From positions 1-64,000 of the IMG/VR virus record IMGVR_UViG_3300029319_000030: a DNA stretch of 64,000 bases, one strand, 5' to 3'. Below the pieces are notes generated by a model that was given only the letters and a program-made list of their open reading frames with translations, was not told the DNA's origin and made no database searches. The translations under genes and the position numbers were made by a program. Every line of letters begins with the position of its first letter. Positions within the stretch are counted from its first letter, which is position 1. This DNA is from an uncultured virus (IMG/VR IMGVR_UViG_3300029319_000030) (Duplodnaviria > Heunggongvirae > Uroviricota > Caudoviricetes). Of this stretch, positions 8,719 to 17,295 are shown piece by piece.

Positions 8719-9385
8719 ATTTAAAACAGCAAACGAAGCATTTCATTATTTCATGCCTTATATTGTAGAGCACGGTGTTGACTTTGATAATACTAGAGCA
8801 TTGTTTAACGTGGGCTTCTTAATAGAAGATCCACATTGGTGTCACAGTATAACAAACAGAAATGGTGTTAAGCGTGACTTTAATTTAAAGTATGCTAAAG
8901 CAGAGTGGCAATGGTATTTAACTGGTTTACCAAACGTTAAAATGTTAGGTGAGATATACGGTAAAGTACCTGAGATATGGAAACGTATGGCTAATGAAGA
9001 AGGTTATGTTAACTCTAACTACGGTTATCAGTGGCAAAGAGGTGGTGATATATCTCAACTAGATTATGTTGTTGGTTTACTAGCTAGTAATCCTAAAACT
9101 CGTCAAGCTGCAATTAGTGTATATGACGCTAAGGAACATGTAAAATATAAATATGATACTCCATGTACATATGCTATACAGTTTACAATATTAAATAATA
9201 AGCTTAACATGTGCGTTACGATGCGTTCTAACGACCTCTGGTACGGTTTCTGTAACGATCAATACTGTTTTAGTATGTTACAAAAATTAGTTGCTGATAA
9301 ACTAGCTATACCAGTTGGTACTTATTATCATTTTGCCCATAATCTACATTTATATAACAATATAATAGAAAAAGTATATGGATAA
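8708..9385 (+). CDS. thymidylate-synthase-fold enzyme, dCMP hydroxymethylase/methylase-type
   Basis: NSNYG, TRQA, catalytic PCT, MRSNDLWYGFCND, HFAHNLHLY; Asp at the ThyA Asn177-equivalent position; ORF track start 8669, ATG 8708 more likely. Confidence 0.85.
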   Translation: MINKFKTANEAFHYFMPYIVEHGVDFDNTRALFNVGFLIEDPHWCHSITNRNGVKRDFNLKYAKAEWQWYLTGLPNVKMLGEIYGKVPEIWKRMANEEGYVNSNYGYQWQRGGDISQLDYVVGLLASNPKTRQAAISVYDAKEHVKYKYDTPCTYAIQFTILNNKLNMCVTMRSNDLWYGFCNDQYCFSMLQKLVADKLAIPVGTYYHFAHNLHLYNNIIEKVYG

Positions 9386-10169
9386 AGAATATATATTATA
9401 CCACATACCTGGTAAAAAGATTGGTGTGACTACTGATTTATATAACAGAGTTACGGAACAACAAGGTTACGAGGAAGGTGAGTATGAAGTTTTAGAAAAG
9501 TCTAATGATATAGATTATATATCATTGCTTGAACGAAAGCTTCAAAAAAGGTATGGTTATAAAGTTGATTTAAAATCATACAAGGAATTAATTAGTAATA
9601 AATTTAAATTAAATAATATGAAGATAAATGTTACGGAACAGACCACAACATTTCCATGTCCTGTTAGCAAGCTTAAAGGCCAGCTAATGGATAACTTAGA
9701 GATGCGGTGGACAACTGAACACGGTGATGTTTGTTTAGATAAAGATTTAGTTAAGTGGATAACTGCAAACGCTAAAACATCTATGTTTAACAAAGACAGA
9801 TGTTACGTTTACAATAAAGCTATGGCTAGATATTTATCTAACAAAGAGTTACCATTTCCAAATGATTTACATTCGCCTACTATATTCGACTTAATTAGAA
9901 GTTGGGCTGAAGACAGAGGTATATATGATAAAGGTGATCAAAAGACTCAATATGTTAAGCTGATGGAAGAAGCTGGCGAAGTTGGTAGAGCTATATTAAA
10001 AGATGATACATTAGAAATACAAGATGGTATCGGTGATATGGTTGTTGTGCTAACTAACCTAGCTGAGCTAAGCGGTTTAACAATTGAAGAGTGTATTGAA
10101 TCAGCTTATGATACTATAGCTAAGCGTAAAGGCAAAATGATTAATGGAACATTTGTAAAAAATAATTAA
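9378..10169 (+). CDS. MazG-like NTP pyrophosphohydrolase with N-terminal GIY-YIG-like extension
   Basis: C-terminal IRSWAEDRGI...KLMEEAGEV...DGIGDMVVVL...RKGKMINGTFVK; N-terminal YILYHIPGKKIGVTTDLYNR. Confidence 0.85.
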   Translation: MDKEYILYHIPGKKIGVTTDLYNRVTEQQGYEEGEYEVLEKSNDIDYISLLERKLQKRYGYKVDLKSYKELISNKFKLNNMKINVTEQTTTFPCPVSKLKGQLMDNLEMRWTTEHGDVCLDKDLVKWITANAKTSMFNKDRCYVYNKAMARYLSNKELPFPNDLHSPTIFDLIRSWAEDRGIYDKGDQKTQYVKLMEEAGEVGRAILKDDTLEIQDGIGDMVVVLTNLAELSGLTIEECIESAYDTIAKRKGKMINGTFVKNN

Positions 10170-10170
10170 T

Positions 10171-10449
10171 ATGAGTAGTAGAGAAATAATGAATGCTAAG
10201 GGTTTCGGCTCTAATGGAGTTGAGTTTAGAGATCCTGTTGTAAAACGTGTTGTAGATAAATTTAAATTAAGGTCTGATGAAGGTTTTAGAAAATACGGTA
10301 CGACTCTTGATGAAGAGAGAACAACAAAAATGAAAGGCCTAATGAAGTATCTAGTTGATATTCAAGAAGAGCTTATGGATGCAATACTGTATATACAGAC
10401 TGCACAAGAAGAACTTAAAGATGTATTAAATGAAACGTCGAAAGAATAA
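10171..10449 (+). CDS. small all-alpha NTP-PPase (MazG-superfamily)-like protein
   Basis: RSDEGFRKYGTTL...QEELMDAILY. Confidence 0.65.
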   Translation: MSSREIMNAKGFGSNGVEFRDPVVKRVVDKFKLRSDEGFRKYGTTLDEERTTKMKGLMKYLVDIQEELMDAILYIQTAQEELKDVLNETSKE

Positions 10450-10873
10450 ACAACGAGGTCCTGTTAGGTCTAAGAAGGTTATATGTGATGGTATAACCTT
10501 CGCCTCTGGCTTAGAAAAGTATATGTACAAAGCTCTTAAAAAAGCTAAGATAAAAGCTAAGTATGAAGGTTGTACATATGTAATACAAGATGGCTTTGAG
10601 TTTAACATTGACAGTTATGAAAGACAGTCTAATGGTAAAGGCGATTTTAAAAACAGAGGAAATAAAAAGATATTACCAATTAAGTATACACCAGATTTTA
10701 TAGGTAATGGGTTTATAATAGAGTGTAAAGGTAGAGCAAACGAAAGTTTTCCAATACGTTGGAAATTATTTAAATCATTTGTTAATAGATGCTATCCGCA
10801 TGTAACTTTATATAAGCCTCAAAACCAAAAAGAGTGTGATCAGGTAATAAAGTTAATAATTAAAAATAAATAA
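10430..10873 (+). CDS. T7 endonuclease I-like Holliday junction resolvase
   Basis: FASGLE...YTPDF...IIECKG. Confidence 0.85.
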   Translation: MKRRKNKQRGPVRSKKVICDGITFASGLEKYMYKALKKAKIKAKYEGCTYVIQDGFEFNIDSYERQSNGKGDFKNRGNKKILPIKYTPDFIGNGFIIECKGRANESFPIRWKLFKSFVNRCYPHVTLYKPQNQKECDQVIKLIIKNK

Positions 10874-10874
10874 T

Positions 10875-11018
10875 ATGGATTGGGAATTTAGTATAGGATT
10901 TTATCCTGGTGTTCTTTTTGGTTTAAGAACATATAGAGAACGAAATAAAAATAACCATGTTGCATATCTACCATTTGTAGATTTTTGTTTAACAACATAT
11001 AAAAGAAAAAGAAAATAA
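10875..11018 (+). CDS. small hypothetical protein (47 aa)
   Basis: MDWEFSIGFYPGVLFGLRTY...YLPFVDFCLT; fills the gap and its stop overlaps the RNR start. Confidence 0.6.
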   Translation: MDWEFSIGFYPGVLFGLRTYRERNKNNHVAYLPFVDFCLTTYKRKRK

Positions 11019-12883
11019 TGAAAGACACTAATAGAAACATACTTTCTGATATAACTGTTCATATGAAGTATGCTAGGTATATGCCTGAGTTGAAACGTAG
11101 AGAAACTTGGGACGAGCTAGTTAGCAGAAACTTGGACATGCATATTAAGAATTACCCTAAATTAAAGAGCGATATATTAAATGCATACACTTATGTATTT
11201 GATAAAAAGATTTTACCATCAATGAGAAGTTTACAATTTGCTGGTAAACCAATACAGGTAAGTCCTAATAGGTTGTATAACTGTTCGTACCTACCTGTAG
11301 ATGATATTGAAGCTTTTAATGAGATAATGTTTCTATTACTTTCTGGATGTGGAGTCGGTTACTCCGTTCAACAGCACCACATCAAAGACTTACCTGTAAT
11401 AACTAAACCTTATATGAAAAGGTCTAAGCGTTTTGTTATAGGTGATTCAATTGAAGGCTGGTCTGATGCTGTTAAAGTATTAATTAAGTCTTACCTTGGT
11501 GGCAAGAAAGCTTCTAAGATAAACTTTGATTATACTTGTATCAGACCAAAAGGTGCTAGGCTAGTGACATCAGGTGGTAAAGCACCTGGTCCACAGCCAT
11601 TAAAAGAATGTTTAATCAAGGTTGAAGGTATACTTCAATCAAAGGAAGATGGCGATAGACTAACCTCACTTGAGATACACGATATTGTTTGTCATATAGC
11701 CGATGCTGTACTAGCTGGTGGTATTAGACGAGCTGCATTAATCAGTTTGTTTACTGCTACAGACAGTGAGATGATATCATGTAAGTCAGGCCAATGGTGG
11801 GAAACAGACCCGCAAAGAGGTAGAGCTAATAACTCAGCTGTTTTAATGAGACATAAAGTAACTAAAGAGTTTTTTATGGACTTATGGAAACGAGTTGAGC
11901 TATCAGGAGCTGGTGAGCCTGGTATATATCTTAATAACGACAAGGACTGGGGAACTAATCCTTGTTGTGAGATAGCACTAAGGCCGTTTCAGTTCTGTAA
12001 CCTTTGTGAAGTTAATGTATCTGATATTGTAGATCAAGAAGATTTTAATAACAGAGTTAAAGCTGCGGCGTTTATTGGAACGTTACAAGCAGCGTATACC
12101 GACTTCCACTATCTTAGAGAAATATGGAAAGAGACAACAGAGAAAGACGCTCTTATAGGTGTGTCAATGACAGGAATAGGGAGTGCCGCTGTGCTCCAAA
12201 TGGATATGAAGGAAGCTGCAAATATCGTGACAAAAGAAAACGCACGAGTAGCAAAGATTCTAGGAATAAAAGCATCAGCTAGATGTACAACCGTAAAACC
12301 TGCAGGGACAACATCTCTGGTCCTCGGAACATCTTCGGGTATTCATGCATGGCATAATGATTATTATGTCCGTAGGATGCGCGTAGGAAAAAACGAGGCT
12401 ATATATACATATTTATCTAAACAACATCCTGAGCTTATTGAAGATGAATACTTCAGGCCTCATGATACAGCTGTAATATCTGTACCGCAGAAAGCCCCGG
12501 CTAAATCAATACTTAGAACTGAATCACCGTTTGATACTCTTGAAAGAGTTAAGCATGTATCACGAGAGTGGATTAAGCCTGGCCATAGACGTGGTAGCAA
12601 TACACATAATGTATCAGCTACAATATCTTTGAAAGAAGATGAGTGGGAAAAGGCAGGTGAATGGATGTGGAGTAATAGAGATTATTATAATGGGTTGTCA
12701 GTATTACCATATGATGGTGGTACTTATACACAAGCTCCGTTTGAAGATATTACGGAGGATAAATATAACGAAATGTCTAAAGTATTATCTGACGTCGATT
12801 TAACGAAAGTAACAGAGACAGATGATAACACAGATCTATCAGGTGAGCTTGCTTGCGCTGGTGGTAGCTGTGAAGTTGTTTAA
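11018..12883 (+). CDS. nrdJ: ribonucleotide reductase, class II (B12-dependent)
   Basis: RRETW, PSMR, GGIRRAALI, TNPCCEI, TTVKPAGT, C-terminal CAGGSC; no beta-subunit gene nearby. Confidence 0.9.
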   Translation: MKDTNRNILSDITVHMKYARYMPELKRRETWDELVSRNLDMHIKNYPKLKSDILNAYTYVFDKKILPSMRSLQFAGKPIQVSPNRLYNCSYLPVDDIEAFNEIMFLLLSGCGVGYSVQQHHIKDLPVITKPYMKRSKRFVIGDSIEGWSDAVKVLIKSYLGGKKASKINFDYTCIRPKGARLVTSGGKAPGPQPLKECLIKVEGILQSKEDGDRLTSLEIHDIVCHIADAVLAGGIRRAALISLFTATDSEMISCKSGQWWETDPQRGRANNSAVLMRHKVTKEFFMDLWKRVELSGAGEPGIYLNNDKDWGTNPCCEIALRPFQFCNLCEVNVSDIVDQEDFNNRVKAAAFIGTLQAAYTDFHYLREIWKETTEKDALIGVSMTGIGSAAVLQMDMKEAANIVTKENARVAKILGIKASARCTTVKPAGTTSLVLGTSSGIHAWHNDYYVRRMRVGKNEAIYTYLSKQHPELIEDEYFRPHDTAVISVPQKAPAKSILRTESPFDTLERVKHVSREWIKPGHRRGSNTHNVSATISLKEDEWEKAGEWMWSNRDYYNGLSVLPYDGGTYTQAPFEDITEDKYNEMSKVLSDVDLTKVTETDDNTDLSGELACAGGSCEVV

Positions 12884-12900
12884 TTTAATAAAATATAAAT

Positions 12901-13080
12901 ATGAATTTAGAAGAATTATTAGACACGATGCAAGATGAAATGCATAGTGCTCACGAAGAAATAGAAAAGTTTATGAAAGGAAATAAATCTGCAGGAACTA
13001 GAGCTAGAAAGAGCATGCAGACAATTAAGGAAGCTGCTCAAAATGTGAGAACAACAATTCAGGCTATAAAAAATAGCTAA
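12901..13080 (+). CDS. histone H1-like (Hc1 family) protein, 59 aa
   Basis: KGNKSAGTRARK motif; below the ORF-track cutoff. Confidence 0.75.
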   Translation: MNLEELLDTMQDEMHSAHEEIEKFMKGNKSAGTRARKSMQTIKEAAQNVRTTIQAIKNS

Positions 13081-13086
13081 AATAAT

Positions 13087-13114
13087 AAAGGGAGCTTAAC
13101 GGCTCCCTTTTTTT
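13087..13114. terminator. intrinsic terminator at the convergence of the two arms
   Basis: AAAGGGAGC-ttaacg-GCTCCCTTT followed by TTTT; A-rich on the other side, so probably bidirectional. Confidence 0.85.
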
Positions 13115-13179
13115 ATTGCTATTTTAAAAATTACTAAACCAACTATCGCAGCGGTTGTACATATAGGACACGGACACAT
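13096..13179 (-). CDS. possible small Cys-rich membrane peptide (27 aa)
   Basis: MCPCPICTTAAIVGLVIFKIAIKKGSR; starts 2 nt after the upstream stop and runs into the terminator. Confidence 0.4.
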   Translation of the reverse strand: MCPCPICTTAAIVGLVIFKIAIKKGSR

Positions 13180-13181
13180 GA

Positions 13182-13457
13182 CTAACATCTCCATCTTCTT
13201 CTAGCTGCTTTACCTCTTTTGCTTTTCCAATTTCTTGATCTAGCACAAAAAGATTTTCTACGTTTAGCAGCTTTACTACCTGGCTTAACCTTACCAGTAA
13301 CCGGTGCTGATAAAGTGCTACCTGGGTTTTCTTTTTTATAAGCTCTTCTTCCAGCTTCAGTCATACCAGCTCCTTCTTTAGTTGAAAGAAAGTGCCTACC
13401 TTTACCTCTAGTAGTTTTCCTTAATTTTAAAAATGGATTATTATCTTGTATAAACAT
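13182..13457 (-). CDS. small basic protein
   Basis: K/R-rich; GMTEAGRRAY...AKRRKSFCAR...RRRWRC. Confidence 0.75.
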   Translation of the reverse strand: MFIQDNNPFLKLRKTTRGKGRHFLSTKEGAGMTEAGRRAYKKENPGSTLSAPVTGKVKPGSKAAKRRKSFCARSRNWKSKRGKAARRRWRC

Positions 13458-13736
13458 TTATTTTTCTCCGCATTTTTTAGAAGGATCATTAACCTGCCTC
13501 CAATCTTCTTTTCTAAACCAGTCTCTTAATGTAGCTCCTTTTTTACGAGCGCCTTTAACGTTTGTTTTAGAAGATCGTTTATACTTACCTGCTTTACCAG
13601 ATTTTTTCTTAGCACGAACAAGTCTGTCTCGTTCAGACTTGCTCATACTACGTATCTTAGCAGCAGGTAGACAAGTTTTAGTTGTACCTCCTCCTTTTTG
13701 TTTTTTAAAAGGATTACCCTCTTGATTAAAAGCCAT
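13458..13736 (-). CDS. small basic protein
   Basis: K/R-rich; CLPAAKI, LRDWFRKEDW. Confidence 0.75.
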   Translation of the reverse strand: MAFNQEGNPFKKQKGGGTTKTCLPAAKIRSMSKSERDRLVRAKKKSGKAGKYKRSSKTNVKGARKKGATLRDWFRKEDWRQVNDPSKKCGEK

Positions 13737-13936
13737 TACTTTTTCTTACCCATCATCTTCATAACAGCGTTCATTTGGCTTTTAGTTAGCTTCAGCATTA
13801 CTGAATCTTCTTTTTTCATCTTCATAGCTGCACCTTTTTTCATTTTCATTGCAGCGCCTTTTTTCATTTTCATGCCTGATTCTTTTTTCATTTTCATTGA
13901 TGAAGCTTTCTTCATCTTCATTGGACCTTTTTTCAT
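13736..13936 (-). CDS. Met/Lys-rich repeat protein
   Basis: Five MKMKK units at 8-aa (24-bp) period. Confidence 0.7.
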   Translation of the reverse strand: MKKGPMKMKKASSMKMKKESGMKMKKGAAMKMKKGAAMKMKKEDSVMLKLTKSQMNAVMKMMGKKK

Positions 13937-13937
13937 T

Positions 13938-14480
13938 TTATATTTTGTTTTTAATATGGTTATACATTTCGTTACCTAGTTTAATGCCCATTTTACTGTC
14001 TGATATATAGTGGGCTTTTGCTATATTTCTACTATCAGATATATTTTGACCTGCTTTTTTAAATTCATTAGCAGCAGAAGGATATTTATCAGCTAAAACA
14101 TTAGCAATTAAAATACCTTGAGTTGAATGACCAGAAGGATATGAAGGAGTTTTCATAGACTTCATCTCATAGTCTTTCATTTTTATGTTTACTTTTGCAG
14201 CTATAACTTTAGGTCTTGGCCTTTTAAAATAGTTTTTTAACTTCATAATTATAGGGGCAGACTTATTTATTAAGTCTTTAACTAATGACTCGTCATAGTT
14301 AGTTATATTATTTTTATCAGCTACTTCTTTAAAAGTTTTTTCTATGTTATCAAACTTTTTAACTTTATTTATATTCATAGGAGTATTCTCTAACTGCTTA
14401 ATCTCTTGCATTGTAGTAAAAGAACCATCAGCAGGAGGTTTCATACTTTTAAATTTATCTATATTAAAGTTATCAAACAT
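13938..14480 (-). CDS. PAP2/acid phosphatase superfamily protein
   Basis: KNYFKRPRP, SYPSGHS and SRNIAKAHYISD, the three PAP2 motifs. Confidence 0.88.
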   Translation of the reverse strand: MFDNFNIDKFKSMKPPADGSFTTMQEIKQLENTPMNINKVKKFDNIEKTFKEVADKNNITNYDESLVKDLINKSAPIIMKLKNYFKRPRPKVIAAKVNIKMKDYEMKSMKTPSYPSGHSTQGILIANVLADKYPSAANEFKKAGQNISDSRNIAKAHYISDSKMGIKLGNEMYNHIKNKI

Positions 14481-14928
14481 TTTTTCTTTGTGCTTTTAAT
14501 TTTTTCTTAGCAGCTTTAGCTAGCCTTGCTTGCTCCATTTTACCCATGACTCTAGCTCTCTGCTCTAGCACTGTTAGTATTTGTATTTTTCTAGCATAAG
14601 GTTTATTTATTCTTATTACTTTAGCTATAGTTTTTCTAGCGTCAGCTACTGTAGCAAACTTAATACTAACAGTATCTTTAGGATTTTCATCTGTGTATAA
14701 TCTTCTACCACTACCTTTAGGCTTTTTACCTGTACCTACTTTAGGATCTTTTTTAAGTGGAGATTTAGGTCTGTTTGTTTGCATATTAATAAACCAATTA
14801 CATAATTGTTTGTCTCTTGGTGTAGCGCCAGGTCTAGCTTTTAGTTTTTTACATTTATCAATTGTAACATCGCCACCGTAAATTTTATTTATTCTAGCTT
14901 TTAATACACCTCTATAAGCTTTAGCCAT
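14473..14928 (-). CDS. basic hypothetical protein
   Basis: GSGRRLYTDENPKDTVSIKFAT; overlaps neighbouring genes. Confidence 0.75.
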   Translation of the reverse strand: MAKAYRGVLKARINKIYGGDVTIDKCKKLKARPGATPRDKQLCNWFINMQTNRPKSPLKKDPKVGTGKKPKGSGRRLYTDENPKDTVSIKFATVADARKTIAKVIRINKPYARKIQILTVLEQRARVMGKMEQARLAKAAKKKLKAQRKNV

Positions 14929-15205
14929 CTTTCTTTTTACCTAAACGTTTTCTAACTATGTTCATAACAGTTTTCATTTTACGAGCGTAGCTAGGATTTT
15001 TACCCCTATTAAAAACATACTGTTGGTTTAAGCTACTTATTATTCTAGACAAATTACCTCTTCTAGTTTTAATAAGCCACGATGCTAATGCAGGTGGCGA
15101 CAAGTCTCTAAACTTACCTTTAGCATCAGGTGCATCTGAGTCGTTCCAAGTAATAGACTTAGATGTTTTCTTTTTTTTGTTAGGAGTAGCTCTATATAAT
15201 GCCAT
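14921..15205 (-). CDS. small basic protein
   Basis: 94-aa K/R-rich ORF in operon. Confidence 0.7.
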   Translation of the reverse strand: MALYRATPNKKKKTSKSITWNDSDAPDAKGKFRDLSPPALASWLIKTRRGNLSRIISSLNQQYVFNRGKNPSYARKMKTVMNIVRKRLGKKKDG

Positions 15206-15714
15206 TACTTTCTTTTTAAATACTTACGAGGATTACGAGTACATCTAACACCCCAACCAGAAGCATAAGCACTTGGCCATACTTTAAACTTACGTTTAGC
15301 TGCTGCTTTACAAGGCCCACTAATCTTAGTTCTTTTTATTTTAGGTAATGCAGAGTTTATTTTTTTAGCTTGACCAGCATGAGTATTACTAGCTTTTTTT
15401 AATTCTTTAGAAACCTCTTTTAAAGCTTTTACGTTTAATTTTTTACTTGCAGCACTTTTAACCATCTTGCCTAACTTAAATATTTTACCTAACTTACCAC
15501 CACCAAACGGTACAGTCATATTAGTAACAGGTCCATCTATTCCGTAGTCAACATCTTTTACACCAAAAGTAGGATTTTTTAAACTTTCAGCAGTTCCCTT
15601 TGCTTGACCAAGTTTACTAGGATCAAATTTAAAAGCACCTCTACCTATACCGCCAGTTCTTCTTCTACCGCAAGATGTTTTAGCTATAGGATTATTTTTT
15701 TGTATATAAGCCAT
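15205..15714 (-). CDS. basic hypothetical protein
   Basis: MAYIQKNNP N-terminus; C-terminal CKAAAKRKFKVWPSAYASG. Confidence 0.75.
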   Translation of the reverse strand: MAYIQKNNPIAKTSCGRRRTGGIGRGAFKFDPSKLGQAKGTAESLKNPTFGVKDVDYGIDGPVTNMTVPFGGGKLGKIFKLGKMVKSAASKKLNVKALKEVSKELKKASNTHAGQAKKINSALPKIKRTKISGPCKAAAKRKFKVWPSAYASGWGVRCTRNPRKYLKRK

Positions 15715-15878
15715 TATTTTACATCAAAAGTTTTACCATCTACGTCAAACGTTTTATCACCTTTTTCTCTAGCCGCGGCTAACTTTCCAATAAATTTATT
15801 AGATTTTATAGGTGATATATCATTTGGAAAGTTTTTTCTCATTGGTCCTTCCTTACCTGCTTTCATTTTAAATGCCAT
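15714..15878 (-). CDS. small basic protein (54 aa)
   Basis: MAFKMKAGKEGPMRKNFP...FDVDGKTFDVK; fills the gap exactly; not in the ORF track. Confidence 0.7.
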   Translation of the reverse strand: MAFKMKAGKEGPMRKNFPNDISPIKSNKFIGKLAAAREKGDKTFDVDGKTFDVK

Positions 15879-15880
15879 AG

Positions 15881-16270
15881 TTATTGAAATTTATTTAGTA
15901 TTATAGTATCAATAGAAGTCTGTATAGTTTTTTTATCAGCTTCTAATTGAAACATAATATTAGCGTTAAACCTTTCTTTTTCTACACCGTTATCGAATAC
16001 AACAACAGTTGGTACAGCTGTGATCTTATAGTCAGCTTGCAATTTAGTACAGTGCATTATATCAACTCTGTATACACTACTGTCTTTTAATTTATTAAGC
16101 TCTGCAAACTCATTAGCTTTATTCCACTCTGCCCAAAACTCTACAACAACTATATCTTTAGCTATTTTGTCTTTGAAGTTACCTTGGTTAATAACTTCTT
16201 GAGCTGAACATGTACCTATGCAAAACATAAAGAACATTACTAAAACATATAGAGCGTTTGTTATATTCAT
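15881..16270 (-). CDS. exported thioredoxin-fold protein lacking CxxC
   Basis: Signal peptide; VVVEFWAEWNKAN in place of WCxxC; cis-Pro motif AVPTVVVFDNG. Confidence 0.8.
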   Translation of the reverse strand: MNITNALYVLVMFFMFCIGTCSAQEVINQGNFKDKIAKDIVVVEFWAEWNKANEFAELNKLKDSSVYRVDIMHCTKLQADYKITAVPTVVVFDNGVEKERFNANIMFQLEADKKTIQTSIDTIILNKFQ

Positions 16271-16611
16271 TTCCTTAATAATTTTATTTCTTCTTTTAAT
16301 TCATCAAGGTCTTTTATTAACTGGTCTATTTGGTTACGAGCCATTTGATCTTTCATATTAAACTCCATACGAGTTGGTGGCCATGTATTAGTAGCAGCTG
16401 GATCACCCATATCTATAGTATACGTACCAGTACCTGGTTTAGGTAACTCTAAAGCTTTTTGTACCTGGCCTTCAAGTTCTGTAAACTTAGAATTAATACT
16501 AGCCATTAAGCCAAAATAAGCAGATACAACTGTAACTACCGCCACAACTATACTGACTAGTGTTTTAATGCTTATTTGAAACTTGCTATCTTCTGATAGT
16601 TCTTTACTCAT
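16267..16611 (-). CDS. single-TM coiled-coil protein
   Basis: TM LVSIVVAVVTVVSAYFGL followed by heptad-rich segments. Confidence 0.7.
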   Translation of the reverse strand: MSKELSEDSKFQISIKTLVSIVVAVVTVVSAYFGLMASINSKFTELEGQVQKALELPKPGTGTYTIDMGDPAATNTWPPTRMEFNMKDQMARNQIDQLIKDLDELKEEIKLLRK

Positions 16612-17293
16612 TGTAATATAATTTACCGTTTTCTATATATAAACCTTGTCTTTCTCTAATTGCCTGCCCATTAATATTATATATTACACTATTTCGCTTA
16701 GATTTATCTATGAGTTCTTCAATGCTAATACTACAAGGTAAACCGGTATCACAGTCCACATATTCAGTAATATACTCTATAAACTCTACATATTCTGTTT
16801 CTACTATAGTATCGTAAACAACAACATCAACGTATTCAATAACATCAACGAATAATGTATCTAATACATCCTCATAAACAAATACAGTGTCAGTTATATA
16901 AATGTATTCTGGAACAAAAGTTTCAATTTCTACGGTATCTAAGACAATATTGTAAACATATTCAGTTTCAACTATAGTGTCAAATACAAACTCAAGTTCT
17001 GTTAAAGTTATAAATACAGTATCACAAGCTTCTGGTATAGGAGGTAAGCACTCTGTAGGTAACGTAGGTCCTTCAGCATTTTCGTCTGATGCATCTACAC
17101 AGTCTTCCCAACCGTCATTAATCCAGTCTGTTTGTACACATCCTTCAGGCGAGTACTGTGTCCAGTTACTTGGATCATCACCACAATAAAAGCCTTGCGC
17201 TTGCGCGCAGTTCAAACATAATTGTTGAAAGTCAAATTGCGAATAAGCAAGCGAGCTTATAAACGCAAATAGTATTATAATATATTTTTTCAT
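16604..17293 (-). CDS. secreted protein with LDL-receptor class A-like motif and T9SS-like C-terminal domain
   Basis: Signal peptide; CVQTDWINDGWEDCVDASDE; acidic DT/VE repeats; C-terminal SIEE...IYNINGQ...GLYIENGK. Confidence 0.7.
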   Translation of the reverse strand: MKKYIIILFAFISSLAYSQFDFQQLCLNCAQAQGFYCGDDPSNWTQYSPEGCVQTDWINDGWEDCVDASDENAEGPTLPTECLPPIPEACDTVFITLTELEFVFDTIVETEYVYNIVLDTVEIETFVPEYIYITDTVFVYEDVLDTLFVDVIEYVDVVVYDTIVETEYVEFIEYITEYVDCDTGLPCSISIEELIDKSKRNSVIYNINGQAIRERQGLYIENGKLYYNE

Positions 17294-17295
17294 AA

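Noticed and set aside
8708..9385. Plain thyA call
   Set aside because: Asp rather than Asn at the substrate-specificity position argues against a canonical dUMP methylase, so no gene symbol was given.
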